Shown here one piece after another: positions 18,652 to 29,539 of a stretch of 64,000 bases of DNA. The notes beneath the pieces were generated by a model. It saw only the letters and a program-made list of their open reading frames with translations, had not been told where the DNA came from and did no database searches. Numbering within the stretch: position 1 is the first letter of the stretch; each line of letters begins with the position of its first letter. This DNA comes from an uncultured Actinomycetes bacterium (GTDB lineage: Bacteria; Actinomycetota; Thermoleophilia; Gaiellales; JAICJC01), in assembly GCA_963805545.1 (NCBI GenBank), contig CAWDUU010000004.1:13255-77254 (forward strand), given 5' to 3'. A program made the position numbers and the translations under genes.

Positions 18652-18684
18652 GTAACGATCCCGGAACGCCCGCTCCGGGATACT
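18652..18684 (+). promoter_or_regulatory. Direct-repeat operator GTAACG-N5-GGAACG plus -10 (GATACT), site A
   Basis: Near-identical to 31482..31513 on the minus strand; 9 nt before ATG 18694. Confidence 0.65.
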
Positions 18685-18693
18685 TCCCGGTAG

Positions 18694-19899
18694 ATGCCGC
18701 GGAGGACATCTGAGACGTGGATCGTGTGGGCGATCGTCGGGATCGTCGTCGCGATCGACGCCGGCGCGGTCGTGCTCGGCATCCTCGACCGCGACGCCCA
18801 GTCGCTCGCCGCGACGATCATGTTCTCGCCGACGACGATCGGCTTTGCGGCCTTCGGAGCGCTGATCGTCTGGAGGCACCGGGCGCACTCCATCGGCTGG
18901 CTCTTCGTCGCCGTGGCGTTCTTCTTCTCGACGTGCCACAACCTGGCGCAGAACTACGCCGTCTACACGCTGGTCGTCGATCCCGGGTCGCTGCCCGCAG
19001 GGAAGGCCGCGTTCTGGCTCGCCTCGGGGGCCCTCGACACGGTCTACGTCGGCGCGATGCTGCTGCTGCTCCTGCTCTTCCCCGACGGCCGGCCGCTCAC
19101 CCCGCGCTGGCGGCCGGTGGTGGGTGCGGCGATTCTGGGGTCGGCCTGCGGGCTGAGCCAGGGCGCTCTCGACTTCACCAGCGAGCCGCCGCTCCAGGCG
19201 GTTCACAATCCGCTGGCGGTCTCCGGGGGCCTCGAGACGGCGTTCGAGGCGATGCGGGCGGTTGGACTGCCGCTCACGATCCTCGCGCTCCTCGGCGGCG
19301 TCGCCGCGATGGTGGTGCGGTTCCGCCGCTCGGCCGGCGTCGAGCGCCAGCAGATGAAGTGGGTGGTCGCCGGGGTCCTCATCTGGACGGCGCTCTTCAC
19401 GGCGAGCGTCGCACTCTCCGCCGCAGGCGCCGGCGGGCTCCAGAGCTTCTCGTTCCTGCTCTCGATCGTCCTCTTCCCCGCGGTGATGGGGCTCGCCATC
19501 CTGCGCTACCGCCTCTACGACATCGACGTCGTGATCCGAAGGACGCTGGTCTACACCTGCCTCGTCGCCATCCTGGGAGGCATCTATCTCAGCGGGATCG
19601 CGCTGCTCGGCTCGCTCTCGCTGTCGGTCACCGGGCAGTCCGGCGAGGTCGCGGTCACGGTGACGACGCTCGTCGTGGCGCTCGCCTTCCAGCCCCTGCG
19701 GCGGCGAATCCAGCGGGCGATCGACCGCCGCTTCTCACGCCGCACCGTCGACGCCGAGACCGCGATGCGGGCCTTCTCCGGGCGGCTGCGCGAGGAGGTG
19801 GATCTCGACGCCCTCTGCGGCGAGCTGCTGGGCGTCGTCGAGCACACCTTCCAGCCCCGCCACGCGAGCGTGTGGCTCAGGCCGCCGGAGCAGGCGTGA
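18694..19899 (+). CDS. Stand-alone multi-TM sensor-like protein ending in a truncated GAF-like segment (paralog A)
   Basis: About 9-10 TMs, FPDGRP, QQMKW, RYRLYDIDVVIRRTLVY, FQPLRRRIQRAIDRRF, REEVDLDALCGEL...ASVWLRP. Confidence 0.75.
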   Translation: MPRRTSETWIVWAIVGIVVAIDAGAVVLGILDRDAQSLAATIMFSPTTIGFAAFGALIVWRHRAHSIGWLFVAVAFFFSTCHNLAQNYAVYTLVVDPGSLPAGKAAFWLASGALDTVYVGAMLLLLLLFPDGRPLTPRWRPVVGAAILGSACGLSQGALDFTSEPPLQAVHNPLAVSGGLETAFEAMRAVGLPLTILALLGGVAAMVVRFRRSAGVERQQMKWVVAGVLIWTALFTASVALSAAGAGGLQSFSFLLSIVLFPAVMGLAILRYRLYDIDVVIRRTLVYTCLVAILGGIYLSGIALLGSLSLSVTGQSGEVAVTVTTLVVALAFQPLRRRIQRAIDRRFSRRTVDAETAMRAFSGRLREEVDLDALCGELLGVVEHTFQPRHASVWLRPPEQA

Positions 19900-21076
19900 C
19901 GGCCTCCGCGACCAGTTCTGCCGGATGGACGATGCGCAGGTCGGCGCGCCCCAGGCGCCGAAGCGCCGCCTGAAGCTGGACGGCACAGCCGGGGTTGGCG
20001 GTCGCGATCATGTCGGGCTCGGCGGCCAGGATGGCGCGCGCCTTGCGCTCGCCCAGCTCGCGCGCGGTCCGGGGCTGGACGAGGTTGTAGATCCCCGCCG
20101 ACCCGCAGCACGTTCCCGCGTCCTCGATCTCGACGAGCTCGACGCCGGGGATGGCGCGCAGCAGCCCGCGCGGCTGTGCGGCAACGCCCTGGGCGTGGTT
20201 CAGGTGGCAGGCGTCCTGGTAGACGACGCGGGTCGGCTGGAGCGGCCCGCGGGCTGCGACCGGCCCGAGCTCGGCGAGGAGCTCCGTGACGTCGCGTACG
20301 GCCGCGGCGAAGCGGTGCGCCTCCTCCGTCCCGAGCAGCTCGCCGTAGCCCTTCATCGCCGAGCCGCATCCGGCCGCCGTGACGACGATCCGGTCGTGGC
20401 CCGCGAACGCGGCGACCGTCGCGGCCGCCCGCCGGCGCGCCTCCCGCTCGCGGCCCGCATGGAGCGCGAGGGCGCCGCAGCATCCCTGGCGGGGCGGCAC
20501 GACGACCTCGCACCCGTCTGCCGCCAGCGCCTGCGCCGCCGCCCGGTTCACGCGGCCGAAGAGCGCGCGCTGGACGCAGCCCTCGAGCAGGGCGGCCGTC
20601 ATCCGCCGCTCGCCGCGGGCCGGCGTCGTGCGGTCGGGCGCGGCGCGCAGGTCGGCCGGCCGGACGCGCGGGGCGAGCGCAAACGGCCGGATGCCGAGCG
20701 CGAGCGGCCACGAGAGCGCGCGCAGGAGCCGCGGCCTCGGCACCGTGGCGAAGATCGCCGTGTCGAGCGCGCGGGCCCACGGGCTCCGCGGCGCCCGCTC
20801 CCGCCGCTCGGCCCGGGTGCGCTCGATCAGGACGTCGTAGCGGACGCCGCTCGGACAGGCCGGGACGCACGCCATGCAGCCCAGGCAGCGGTCGAAGTGG
20901 CGCGCCGCGGACGGGCCCCACTCCAGCTCGCCGCTCTCCAGAAGCGACATGAGGTGGATGCGGCCGCGGGGCGAGTCGGACTCGTCGCCCCACAGCCCGT
21001 ACGTCGGGCATGCCGGAAGGCAGAACCCGCAGTGGACGCAGGTGTCGAGCAGCTCCCGGGTCGAGGCCTCAGCCAC
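19877..21076 (-). CDS. glcF: Glycolate oxidase iron-sulfur subunit
   Basis: CVHCGFCLPACP and CLGCMACVPACP ferredoxin motifs, two CCG domains, YQDACHL. Confidence 0.85.
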   Translation of the reverse strand: MAEASTRELLDTCVHCGFCLPACPTYGLWGDESDSPRGRIHLMSLLESGELEWGPSAARHFDRCLGCMACVPACPSGVRYDVLIERTRAERRERAPRSPWARALDTAIFATVPRPRLLRALSWPLALGIRPFALAPRVRPADLRAAPDRTTPARGERRMTAALLEGCVQRALFGRVNRAAAQALAADGCEVVVPPRQGCCGALALHAGREREARRRAAATVAAFAGHDRIVVTAAGCGSAMKGYGELLGTEEAHRFAAAVRDVTELLAELGPVAARGPLQPTRVVYQDACHLNHAQGVAAQPRGLLRAIPGVELVEIEDAGTCCGSAGIYNLVQPRTARELGERKARAILAAEPDMIATANPGCAVQLQAALRRLGRADLRIVHPAELVAEAVTPAPAA

Positions 21077-21836
21077 CGAACGCCTCGATTACCCGCTGCT
21101 CGAGCTGCAACACAGGGGCCTGGCCCCGTTGTTGCACGTCGGCGTGGAGGAGGCCGCGGGCCAGGCGGCCGACGATGCGCGTCGCGCCCGCCGTGCGCAG
21201 GTCGTCGATCGCCGCGGGGACGCCGGCGGGGAGCGAGCGGTGGGCGGGCAGGCCGGCGGCCAGCTCCCGGTGCCCGGCCCAGAGCTCCTCGTCGTCCACA
21301 ACGATCTCGCCGCCGACCAGCGCCTGGGCCTGCTGGGCGAGCTCGGCCGCGGCCGGGCTCTCGAAGCGGACGAGCATGTGGCCCGGCGGCCAGGCGTACT
21401 CGACGCAGGCCGGAGCGAGCGGCTCAAGCACGAGCGGGTCGCAGGGATCGGCCACGACCGTGCATGTCGCCGCCGGCAGCGGATGGAGGCGAACGCAGAC
21501 GCGCTCGATCGATCCCAGCCGCCCTTCGGAGCCGACGACGAGCCGCGGCAGGTCGTACCCGGCGACGTTCTTCACCACGCGGCCGCCGCCGTGGACGACC
21601 GAGCCGTCGCCGAGCCGGAGCGCCACCCCGAGCAGCAGGTCGCGGGGCGGGCCGTAGCCGTGGGAGCGCGGTCCCGTCACGGCCGCCGAGAACGCGTCGG
21701 CGACGGCCAGGCGCTCGGCCCCCGGCGGGTCGAGGGCCAGCATCTGGCCCCGCTCGGCCAGCGTCCCGCCCAGGTCGCCCAGGGTGACCGCGCCGCCGAC
21801 GACCGCGGTCAGGTCGCCGGGCTCATGCTCGATCAG
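21069..21836 (-). CDS. glcE: Glycolate oxidase FAD-binding subunit (probable CTG start)
   Basis: EHEPGDLTAVV, RDLLLG, GGRVVKNVAGYDLPRLVVGSEGRLG; no canonical start at the expected N-terminus, CTGA overlap with glcD stop. Confidence 0.75.
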   Translation of the reverse strand: MIEHEPGDLTAVVGGAVTLGDLGGTLAERGQMLALDPPGAERLAVADAFSAAVTGPRSHGYGPPRDLLLGVALRLGDGSVVHGGGRVVKNVAGYDLPRLVVGSEGRLGSIERVCVRLHPLPAATCTVVADPCDPLVLEPLAPACVEYAWPPGHMLVRFESPAAAELAQQAQALVGGEIVVDDEELWAGHRELAAGLPAHRSLPAGVPAAIDDLRTAGATRIVGRLARGLLHADVQQRGQAPVLQLEQRVIEAFGG

Positions 21837-23266
21837 AAGCGTTCCGCCACCCCCTCGCGCTCCAGCGGATGGCGCCGGTACGGCCCCGGCACCTCGCCGC
21901 AGAGCCGGGGCGTCGGCAGGAGCTTCCCCGGGTTGCAGAGCCCCTCCGGATCGAACGCCGCGCGCAGCCTGCCCATCGCCGCGAGGTCGCCCTCCGAGAA
22001 CATCCACGGCATCGAGCACACCTTGTCGACGCCGATCCCGTGCTCGCCGGTGAGCGATCCGCCCGCCTCGACGCACGCCTCGAGGATCTCGGCGGCCAGC
22101 TTCTCGGCCCGCTCCGCCTCGCCCTCGACGGCCGCGTCGTAGAGCACCAGCGGGTGCAGGTTGCCGTCGCCGGCGTGGAAGACGTTCCCCACGCGCAGGC
22201 CGTACCGGCCGGAGAGCTCCGCGATCCGGCGCAGCGTCTGCGGCAGGCGCGTGCGCGGGACGACGCCGTCCTGCACGTAGTAGTCGGGGCTCACCCGGCC
22301 CATCGCGGCGAAGGCGGCCTTGCGCCCGTACCAGAGCGTGGCCCGCTCGCGGTCGTCGCCGGCCACCCGCACCTCGGAGGCCCCGCCCGCCGCGCACAGC
22401 TCCTCGACCCGCCCCAGGCTGAGCGCGACCTCGGCCGCCGGGCCGTCGAGCTCGACGAGCAGCACGGCCCCGGCGTCGCGCGGCAGCCCCGCGTGGACGG
22501 CGTCCTCGGCGGCCTGGATCGTGAGCGCGTCCATCATCTCGACGGCCGCGGGGACGATGCCGGCGCCGATGATCGCCGAGACGACCTCGCCGGCGGCGTC
22601 GGTCGACGGGAACGCGGCGAGCAGGGTCTCGACCCGCTGCGGCCGCGGGACCACCCGGACGACGATCTCGGTTGCGATCCCGAGCGTGCCCTCCGACCCG
22701 ACGAAGACCCCGGCCAGGTCGAGCCCGTCGTCGCGGCCGAGCCGCACGGCCTCGCCGTCGGCCAGCACGACCAGGAGCTCGAGCACGTGGGTCGAGGTGA
22801 AGCCGTACTTGAGGCAGTGCGCACCGCCCGAGTTCTCGGCCACGTTGCCGCCGATCGTGCACACCTGCTGGCTCGAGGGGTCGGGCGCGTAGAAGAGGCC
22901 GTGGGCGGCGACCGCGCGGGTCACGTCGAGGTTCGTGACCCCCGGCTGCACGCGCACCCGCCGGTTGGGGACGTCCACATCCAGCACGCGGTTCATCCGG
23001 GCGAGGCCGATCACGATGCCCTCCGCGACCGGCACCGCGCCGCCGGAGAGGCCGGTGCCCGCCCCCCGGGCGACGAACGGGGCCCCGTGCCCGCGGCATA
23101 CCCGGACGGCCGCCTGCACCTCCTCGGTGGTGCGAGGCAGGACGACGGCCTGCGGCACGGCCCGGTGGCCCGTCAGGCCGTCGCATTCGTACGTCCGCAG
23201 CTCGGCCGGCTCCGAGACGACGGCGTCCGAGCCGAGCGCGCGCTCCAGGTCGGCGACCAGGGTCAC
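21833..23266 (-). CDS. glcD: Glycolate oxidase FAD-linked subunit
   Basis: RGAGTGLSGGA, PDPSSQQVCTIGGNVAENSGG, FHAGDGNLHP, GEHGIG, LCNPGK. Confidence 0.9.
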   Translation of the reverse strand: MTLVADLERALGSDAVVSEPAELRTYECDGLTGHRAVPQAVVLPRTTEEVQAAVRVCRGHGAPFVARGAGTGLSGGAVPVAEGIVIGLARMNRVLDVDVPNRRVRVQPGVTNLDVTRAVAAHGLFYAPDPSSQQVCTIGGNVAENSGGAHCLKYGFTSTHVLELLVVLADGEAVRLGRDDGLDLAGVFVGSEGTLGIATEIVVRVVPRPQRVETLLAAFPSTDAAGEVVSAIIGAGIVPAAVEMMDALTIQAAEDAVHAGLPRDAGAVLLVELDGPAAEVALSLGRVEELCAAGGASEVRVAGDDRERATLWYGRKAAFAAMGRVSPDYYVQDGVVPRTRLPQTLRRIAELSGRYGLRVGNVFHAGDGNLHPLVLYDAAVEGEAERAEKLAAEILEACVEAGGSLTGEHGIGVDKVCSMPWMFSEGDLAAMGRLRAAFDPEGLCNPGKLLPTPRLCGEVPGPYRRHPLEREGVAERF

Positions 23267-23275
23267 GCGCTCAGA

Positions 23276-24445
23276 CTAGAGCAGCGTGTCGCCGACGTAC
23301 CCGCCGGCCCGGCAGCCGGGCGGCACCGCGAAGACCGCGCTTCCGGTGTGGACGAGGTACTCGCCCAGGAGGTCGTGCTCGGCGAGCCGGTGCTGGATCG
23401 GGACGAACTGGCGGCGCGGGTCGCGCTGGAACGCGGCGAAGAAGAGGCCGGCGTCGAGCTTCCCGCCGGGCATGAGCCCGTCGTCGAACGAGTAGCCGCG
23501 GCGCAGGATCCGCTCGGCCTCGCTGCCCGCGGCGCGCGGGTTGGCCAGCATGATGTGGCTGTGGCGCGGCTCAAGCGCCGGCACGACCGGCGTGAACTCC
23601 GAGCGGGCGCCGAACGGCGCGCCCGACACCTTGCGCCGGCCGACGTCGGTCTCCTGCTCGTCCAGGTCGCTCGCGTCCCAGCGCTCGATGCGGATGCGGA
23701 TGCGGCGGGTGACCAGGTAGGTGCCGCCCCGCATCCACGCCGGCTCGTCGCCGCTTGCGACCCACACGTTGCGGCGCATCGCGGCGGCGTCGGAGGCGTC
23801 GAGGTTGTTGGTCCCGTCCTTGAAGCCCATCAGGTTCCGGCCGGTGCGGCCGTCCGGGGCGGAGTCGAACCCCGCCTGCGACCAGCGCCCCGCCGCGACG
23901 CCGCGCCCGATTCGCGCGAGCGTGCGGACGGCATGGAACGCGACCTGCGGGTCGTCGGCGCAGGCCTGCACGGCGAGGTCTCCGCCGCTCCGGGCCGCAT
24001 CGAGCCGGTCGCCGCGGAACGCGGGCAGGGCGGCGAGCGCCGCCGGCCGCTCGGCCCGCAGGCCGAACCGGCCGTCGAAGAGCGACGGCCCGAGCCCGAT
24101 CGTCACCGTGAGGCGCGACGCCGGAAGGCCGTACGCCTCGCCCGTGTCAACCGGAGCCGAGGCCGGGTCGCCGCCGACAGGGCCGACGGGATCGCCGGCG
24201 CACATCCGCGCGGCGGCGTCCGACCAGGCGCGCAGGAGCGCCGCGAGATCCGCCCGCGACCCGGAGACGTCGAAGGCCGCAAACCGCAGGTGCGCCTGGA
24301 GCGGCGTCGTGATGCCGCCCTGGTGGCGGCCGTGGAACGGGAGGCGCGCGCCCCGGGAGGCACCGGCGGCCGGCGTCGTTCCGGCGATCACACCGCCGGC
24401 GGCCAAGCCGGCGCTCGCGAGCAACCTTCGTCGCGTCGTGCCCAC
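23276..24445 (-). CDS. Tat-exported Dyp-type (EfeB-like) heme peroxidase
   Basis: TRRRLL Tat signal, GFKDGT, HSH...ILRRGYSF, FAAFQRD. Confidence 0.88.
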   Translation of the reverse strand: MGTTRRRLLASAGLAAGGVIAGTTPAAGASRGARLPFHGRHQGGITTPLQAHLRFAAFDVSGSRADLAALLRAWSDAAARMCAGDPVGPVGGDPASAPVDTGEAYGLPASRLTVTIGLGPSLFDGRFGLRAERPAALAALPAFRGDRLDAARSGGDLAVQACADDPQVAFHAVRTLARIGRGVAAGRWSQAGFDSAPDGRTGRNLMGFKDGTNNLDASDAAAMRRNVWVASGDEPAWMRGGTYLVTRRIRIRIERWDASDLDEQETDVGRRKVSGAPFGARSEFTPVVPALEPRHSHIMLANPRAAGSEAERILRRGYSFDDGLMPGGKLDAGLFFAAFQRDPRRQFVPIQHRLAEHDLLGEYLVHTGSAVFAVPPGCRAGGYVGDTLL

Positions 24446-24454
24446 GCGCAGACT

Positions 24455-26986
24455 TTACGCCATCAGCTGCTTCATGACCATCTGGAGCAGGCCGCCGTCG
24501 CGGTACACCTTGACGTCGGCCGGCGCGTCGAGCCGGGCGAGGCACGTGAACGAGCGCGCGCCGCCGTCCACCTCGACCGTGACATGCGAGCCGACGTCGA
24601 GCTCGGCCAGCCCGCGGATGGTGTACGTCTCGGTGCCGTCGAGCCCGAGGCTCGCGGCCGACTCACCCTCGGCGAACTGGAGCGGGATCACCCCGAGCGC
24701 GACCAGGTTCGAGCGGTGGATGCGCTCGTAGCTCTCGGCGATCACAGCCCGCACGCCGAGCAGCGCCGAGCCCTTGGCGGCCCAGTCGCGGGAGCTGCCC
24801 GAGCCGTACTCGCGGCCGGCGATGACGACCAGCGGCACGCCCTCGGCGCGGTAGCGCTCGGCGGCGTCGTAGATCGTCGTTTCCTCGCCCGACGGCAGGT
24901 GGCGGGTGAAGCCGCCCTCGCGCTCGACGAGCGCGTTTCGCAGCCGGATGTTCGCGAACGTGCCCCGCACCATCACCTCGTGGTTTCCGCGCCGGGCGCC
25001 GTAGGAGTTGAAGTCGCGCGGCTCGACGCCGTGCTCGACCAGCCACCGCCCGGCCGGCGTCCCGGGCGCGAACGCCCCGGCCGGCGAGATGTGGTCGGTC
25101 GTGACCGAGTCGCCGAGGAGCGCGAGGACGCGCGCATCCACGATGTCCGACAGGTCGGCGTCGTGCGCGAAGAAGGCCGCCTCGCGCACGTAGGTCGAGT
25201 CCGGGTCCCAGGCGTAGAGCTCGCCCTCGGGCACCGGCAGGCCACGCCACCGCTCGTCGCCCTCGAAGATGCGGCCGTACTCGTCGGTGAAGAGGTCGGG
25301 CGAGAACGACGCGGCCAGGGCGTCGCTCACCTCGTCCGCGGTCGGCCACACGTCGCGCAGGAAGACCGGCCCGTCGGTGCCCTCGCCGAGCGGCTCGGTG
25401 GTGAGGTCGGCGTTCACCGTACCGGCGAGCGCATAGGCCACCACGAGTGGCGGCGACGCGAGGTAGTTGGCGCGCACCGCCGGGTGGATGCGGGCTTCGA
25501 AGTTGCGGTTCCCCGAGAGCACGGCGGCGACCTTCAGGTCGTCGCGCTCGATGGCGCCGGCCACCTCGTCGGGCAGCGGGCCCGAGTTCCCGATGCAGGT
25601 CGTGCACCCGAACCCGACCAGGTTGAAGCCGAGCGCCTCGAGCGGCTCCATGAGCGCAGCCTTGCGCAGGTAGCCGATCACGACGCGCGAGCCCGGAGCC
25701 AGGCTGGTCTTCACCCAGGGCTTCGTCGTGAGGCCGCGCTCGACCGCCTTTCGGGCCACCAGGCCCGCGGCGATCATGAGCGCGGGATTCGACGTGTTCG
25801 TGCACGAGGTGATCGCCGAGATCACCACCGACCCGTCGCCGAGGCCGGCGCCGTTCCGGCCGGCCCCGAACGCGTCGGCGAAGCTGTCGCCCACGCGCGG
25901 TAGCGGCACCCGGTCCTGCGGCCGGCGGGGGCCGGCCAGGCTCGGCTCGACGGCCGAGAGGTCGAAGTCGAGCGTCTCGGTGTAGGCCGGCTCGGCCTCG
26001 GAGCCGGTGTGGAAGAGGCCCTGCTCCTTCGTGTAGCGCTCGACCAGCTCGACGTGCTCGGGCGCGCGGCCGGTGTCGCGCAGGTAGCGCAGCGTCTCGC
26101 CGTCGACCGGGAAGGTCGAGGCGGTGGCCCCGAACTCCGGCGACATGTTCGAGATCGTGGCCCGGTCGGCCACGGTCAGCGAGCCGAGGCCGGGTCCGAA
26201 GAACTCGATGAACTTGCCGACCACGCCGTGCTTTCGCAGCCGCTCGGTCATCGTGAGCACGAGGTCGGTGGCCGTGACACCGCTCTGGAGCGCGCCCGAG
26301 AGCCGCACGCCGACCACCTGGGGGGCGGTCATGTAGATCGGCTGGCCGAGCATCACGGCCTCGGCCTCGATGCCGCCGACACCCCAGCCGAGCACGCCGA
26401 GCGCGTTGATCATCGTCGTGTGCGAGTCGGTTCCCACCAGCGTGTCGGGCATCGCGACCCCGTCGCGCACCGTCACGACGGAGCCCAGGTACTCCAGGTT
26501 CACCTGGTGGACGATCCCCATCCCCGGAGGGACGACCCGGAAGTTCCCGAACGCGCCCTGGGCCCAGCGCAGGAGCGCGTAGCGCTCGCCGTTCCGCGCG
26601 TACTCGTGCTCGATGTTGCGCTCGTAGGCGGCGCCGTTTCCGAACGCGTCCACCTGCACCGAGTGGTCGATCACGAGGTCGACCGGCACCTGCGGGTCGA
26701 CGCGGGACGGGTCGCCGCCGCGGCGCGCGACCGCCGAGCGGAGCGCGGCCAGGTCGACGACGGCCGGGACGCCGGTCAGGTCCTGCATGATCACCCGGGC
26801 GGGCATGAACGCGAGCTGTGCGCCCTCGGCCGGCGCCGGCCAGTTGGCAAGCGCCTGGACGTCCGCGTCGGTCACGTGCTCGGTCCCCCGGCGGCGCACC
26901 AGGTTCTCGAGGAGGATGCAGACGGTGTAGGGCAGCCGTGACGGGTCCGCCACTGAGTCGATGCGATGGATCACCTCGTCCGCCAC
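24455..26986 (-). CDS. acnA: Aconitate hydratase A
   Basis: [53 protein letters not shown]; TAGGCT 7 nt before GTG. Confidence 0.95.
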   Translation of the reverse strand: MADEVIHRIDSVADPSRLPYTVCILLENLVRRRGTEHVTDADVQALANWPAPAEGAQLAFMPARVIMQDLTGVPAVVDLAALRSAVARRGGDPSRVDPQVPVDLVIDHSVQVDAFGNGAAYERNIEHEYARNGERYALLRWAQGAFGNFRVVPPGMGIVHQVNLEYLGSVVTVRDGVAMPDTLVGTDSHTTMINALGVLGWGVGGIEAEAVMLGQPIYMTAPQVVGVRLSGALQSGVTATDLVLTMTERLRKHGVVGKFIEFFGPGLGSLTVADRATISNMSPEFGATASTFPVDGETLRYLRDTGRAPEHVELVERYTKEQGLFHTGSEAEPAYTETLDFDLSAVEPSLAGPRRPQDRVPLPRVGDSFADAFGAGRNGAGLGDGSVVISAITSCTNTSNPALMIAAGLVARKAVERGLTTKPWVKTSLAPGSRVVIGYLRKAALMEPLEALGFNLVGFGCTTCIGNSGPLPDEVAGAIERDDLKVAAVLSGNRNFEARIHPAVRANYLASPPLVVAYALAGTVNADLTTEPLGEGTDGPVFLRDVWPTADEVSDALAASFSPDLFTDEYGRIFEGDERWRGLPVPEGELYAWDPDSTYVREAAFFAHDADLSDIVDARVLALLGDSVTTDHISPAGAFAPGTPAGRWLVEHGVEPRDFNSYGARRGNHEVMVRGTFANIRLRNALVEREGGFTRHLPSGEETTIYDAAERYRAEGVPLVVIAGREYGSGSSRDWAAKGSALLGVRAVIAESYERIHRSNLVALGVIPLQFAEGESAASLGLDGTETYTIRGLAELDVGSHVTVEVDGGARSFTCLARLDAPADVKVYRDGGLLQMVMKQLMA

Positions 26987-27009
26987 GCCCCGCAGCCTAG
27001 CCGCGGGGA

Positions 27010-28440
27010 CTACTTCAATACGCTGCGGAGCGCCGCCTGCGCCGCGTACCAGCCGCACATCCCGTGGACGCCGCCGCCCGGGGGCGTCGAGGACGAGCAG
27101 AGGAAGATGCCGGGGTCGGGGGTCGCGTGCGGCACGGGCCGAAGCGCGGGCCGGGCCAGGAGCTGGCGCAGGTCGGCGAGGCCGCCGTTGATGTCGCCAC
27201 CGACGTAGTTCGGGTTCTTCGCCTCGACGTCCGCCGGACCCATCGTGTGCCGCGCCGCGACCACGTCGCGGAAGCCGGGCGCGAACCGCTCGATCTGGCG
27301 CTCGATCGCCGCGGTCATGTCGGCATCGGAGCCGTTCGGAACGTGGCAGTACGCCCACAGCGTGTGCGACCCGGCCGGAGCGCGGGCCGGGTCGAAGAGG
27401 CTCGGCTGGGCGACGAGGACGTAGGGCCTCGCCGGCGTCCGGCCCGCCGCCACCTGGGCCTCCGACGCGGCCAGCTCGGCCATGGTGCCGCCGACGTGCA
27501 CGGTGCCGGCCCGGCGGCAGCCCTCCGCCGTCCACGGCACCGGCTCGTGCAGCGCGTAATCCACCTTGAAGACGCCCGGCCCGTACCGGAACCGCTCGAG
27601 CGCGCGCCGGTAGCGCCCCGAGAAGCGCCCGTCCGCGATCCGGAGCAGCGCCCGCGGCGTCACGTCGAGCAGCACGGCCCGGGCCGGCGGCAGCTCCCGC
27701 AGCGACGTGACGGGGCGGCCGGTCTCGATCTCGCCGCCCAGCGCGCGAAGGAGCGACGCCATGGAGCCGGAGACGGCGCGCGACCCGCCGGCGGCGACTG
27801 GCCAGCCGACGGCGTGCGCGAGCATGACGAGCAGGAGCGCGAACGCCCCCGTCCCGGGTGCCGTGAGCGGCCGCATCGAGTGGGCGGCGTTCCCGGCCAG
27901 GAGCGCTCGGGCCGGGTCGCCGCCGAAGCGGCGCCGGGTGAGGCCCGAGACGGAGCGCAGGCCGAGCGCGGCGAACCGGGCCGCCGGCAGCGGGTGGCGC
28001 GGAGGACGCAGCGGGGGTCCGAGCAGGAGGCCCGCCAGCTCGTCCCAGTCGCGGACGAGCGGGCCCAGCAGCCGCTCGTAGGCGCGGCCGTCGGCGCCCA
28101 GGCCCGCGGCCGTCTCGGCCAGCGAGCGGTGCAGCGCCACCGCCCGGCCGCCGTCGAGCGGGTGCGCCAGCGGCAGGTCGGGGTGGACGACCTCCAGGCC
28201 GTGCTCGGCGAGCGGCAGCGACGAGAGGAACGGCGAACCCAGCAGCAGCGGATGGACAGCCGAGCAGACGTCGTGCAGGTGGCCCGGGAGCGTGAGCTCC
28301 TCGGTGCGGGTGCCGCCTCCGATCGTGGCCTCTCCCTCGATCACCCGCACCGACCGCCCGGCCTGCGCGAGCGCGATCGCCGCGGCCAGGCCGTTCGGCC
28401 CCGATCCGACGACGATCGCGTCGAGCGCTTCCTCAGGCAC
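27010..28440 (-). CDS. Phytoene-dehydrogenase-like NAD(P)/FAD oxidoreductase
   Basis: [49 protein letters not shown]. Confidence 0.88.
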   Translation of the reverse strand: MPEEALDAIVVGSGPNGLAAAIALAQAGRSVRVIEGEATIGGGTRTEELTLPGHLHDVCSAVHPLLLGSPFLSSLPLAEHGLEVVHPDLPLAHPLDGGRAVALHRSLAETAAGLGADGRAYERLLGPLVRDWDELAGLLLGPPLRPPRHPLPAARFAALGLRSVSGLTRRRFGGDPARALLAGNAAHSMRPLTAPGTGAFALLLVMLAHAVGWPVAAGGSRAVSGSMASLLRALGGEIETGRPVTSLRELPPARAVLLDVTPRALLRIADGRFSGRYRRALERFRYGPGVFKVDYALHEPVPWTAEGCRRAGTVHVGGTMAELAASEAQVAAGRTPARPYVLVAQPSLFDPARAPAGSHTLWAYCHVPNGSDADMTAAIERQIERFAPGFRDVVAARHTMGPADVEAKNPNYVGGDINGGLADLRQLLARPALRPVPHATPDPGIFLCSSSTPPGGGVHGMCGWYAAQAALRSVLK

Positions 28441-29167
28441 GCCGGAACGGCCTGGTCATGAGCCTCATCGGCGCCATGGCCGTGTACATACCCGACCGGA
28501 TCCCCGCGTTGTGCCACACGTTCCCGGCCTTCCCCCACTGGCGGCGGCGGTCGACGCACACCGCCTCGGTGGTCACCTCGCCCTCGACGCCGAACGCCGC
28601 GGCCAGCGACCGGAGCGTGTGCGCCCAGTGGCGGTCCTCCTGGCTGTGGCCGCCGAGGGTCATCCCCATCTCGTAGAGCGGGTCGGACGCCCGCATGAGG
28701 ACGTGCGCCTGGGCGGCCGTCACGCCGCCGTCGTCGAACGCGCTGAAGGTGATCCAGCCGGCGAACATGTGCCCCTCCGGCGTCATGAGCGTGAACGACT
28801 CCTCGTCGGCGTAGAGCACGAGCACGCCGGTCGAGAGCTTGAGCCGGCCCGGCATGGTCAGGTCGAGCACCGCCACCTCGCCGGGCGCGATGCCGGCCAG
28901 CGGCGCGAAGAAGCGGTTGCCCTTCGGCCAGAAGCTGGGGAAGTCGCGCTTCCACACCTCGATGACCTCGGCCGGCCCCACGTCGGCCCCCTCGAGCCGG
29001 ATGCGGTACGTCTTCTGCCACATCCGGCCGAACCCCTGCACCGGCGAGGTCGGGCGGCGCCCGGCCACGTTGATCCCCGACGACCCGGGCTCGACGCCGG
29101 TCACTTCGAGATGGACGACCGGCTTCGCCCAGGCGTCGCCGTCGCGCTGTGCGCGCTCATCGGACAT
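28433..29167 (-). CDS. Hypothetical protein (DUF1990-like fold suspected), last gene of the partner-switching operon
   Basis: Ordered 244-aa ORF (FTLMTPEGHMFAGWITF); operonic position. Confidence 0.6.
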   Translation of the reverse strand: MSDERAQRDGDAWAKPVVHLEVTGVEPGSSGINVAGRRPTSPVQGFGRMWQKTYRIRLEGADVGPAEVIEVWKRDFPSFWPKGNRFFAPLAGIAPGEVAVLDLTMPGRLKLSTGVLVLYADEESFTLMTPEGHMFAGWITFSAFDDGGVTAAQAHVLMRASDPLYEMGMTLGGHSQEDRHWAHTLRSLAAAFGVEGEVTTEAVCVDRRRQWGKAGNVWHNAGIRSGMYTAMAPMRLMTRPFRRA

Positions 29168-29185
29168 GGTCTCGTTCCTTTCTGG

Positions 29186-29539
29186 TCAGGCGGCCGCGGC
29201 GATCGCCTCGGACTCGCTCCCGTGGATCGCGATCGCCTCGTCCAGCCGCGTCAGCTGGAAGATCTGGCGGTAGTGCTCGGTCAGGCCGAACGCCATGAGC
29301 CGCTGCTTCTGGCGGTTGGCGCGAACGAGCAGGGTGACGAGCAGGCCGATCCCGCTCGAGTTCATGTACTCGAGGTCTGAGAAGTTGAGGACGACCCAGC
29401 GGGTGTGGTCGCCGCTGGCGCGCCCGTAGGCGTCCATCAGCACTCCCTCGCTGGCGGCCGTCACCTCGCCGGCGATGTCGATCACGCTCGCGCGGTCGCT
29501 CGGCGTCCGCACCGTCATCGAAACCGTGGTCTCGGTCAT
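29186..29539 (-). CDS. STAS-domain anti-anti-sigma factor
   Basis: LNFSDLEYMNSSGIGLLV phosphorylatable-Ser motif, IFQLTRL. Confidence 0.9.
   Translation of the reverse strand: MTETTVSMTVRTPSDRASVIDIAGEVTAASEGVLMDAYGRASGDHTRWVVLNFSDLEYMNSSGIGLLVTLLVRANRQKQRLMAFGLTEHYRQIFQLTRLDEAIAIHGSESEAIAAAA

Noticed and set aside
23276-24445. Complete EfeUOB iron-uptake locus or encapsulin cargo
   Set aside because: No efeU, efeO or encapsulin genes are adjacent, and there is no C-terminal cargo-loading peptide; only a Tat-exported Dyp.
21869-25903. Very long alternative-frame ORFs (e.g. 1344 aa at 21869, 1348 aa at 43847, 875 aa at 39707, 837 aa at 9500)
   Set aside because: Antisense or shifted shadows of real genes in high-GC DNA; Arg/Gly/Pro-rich with no motifs.
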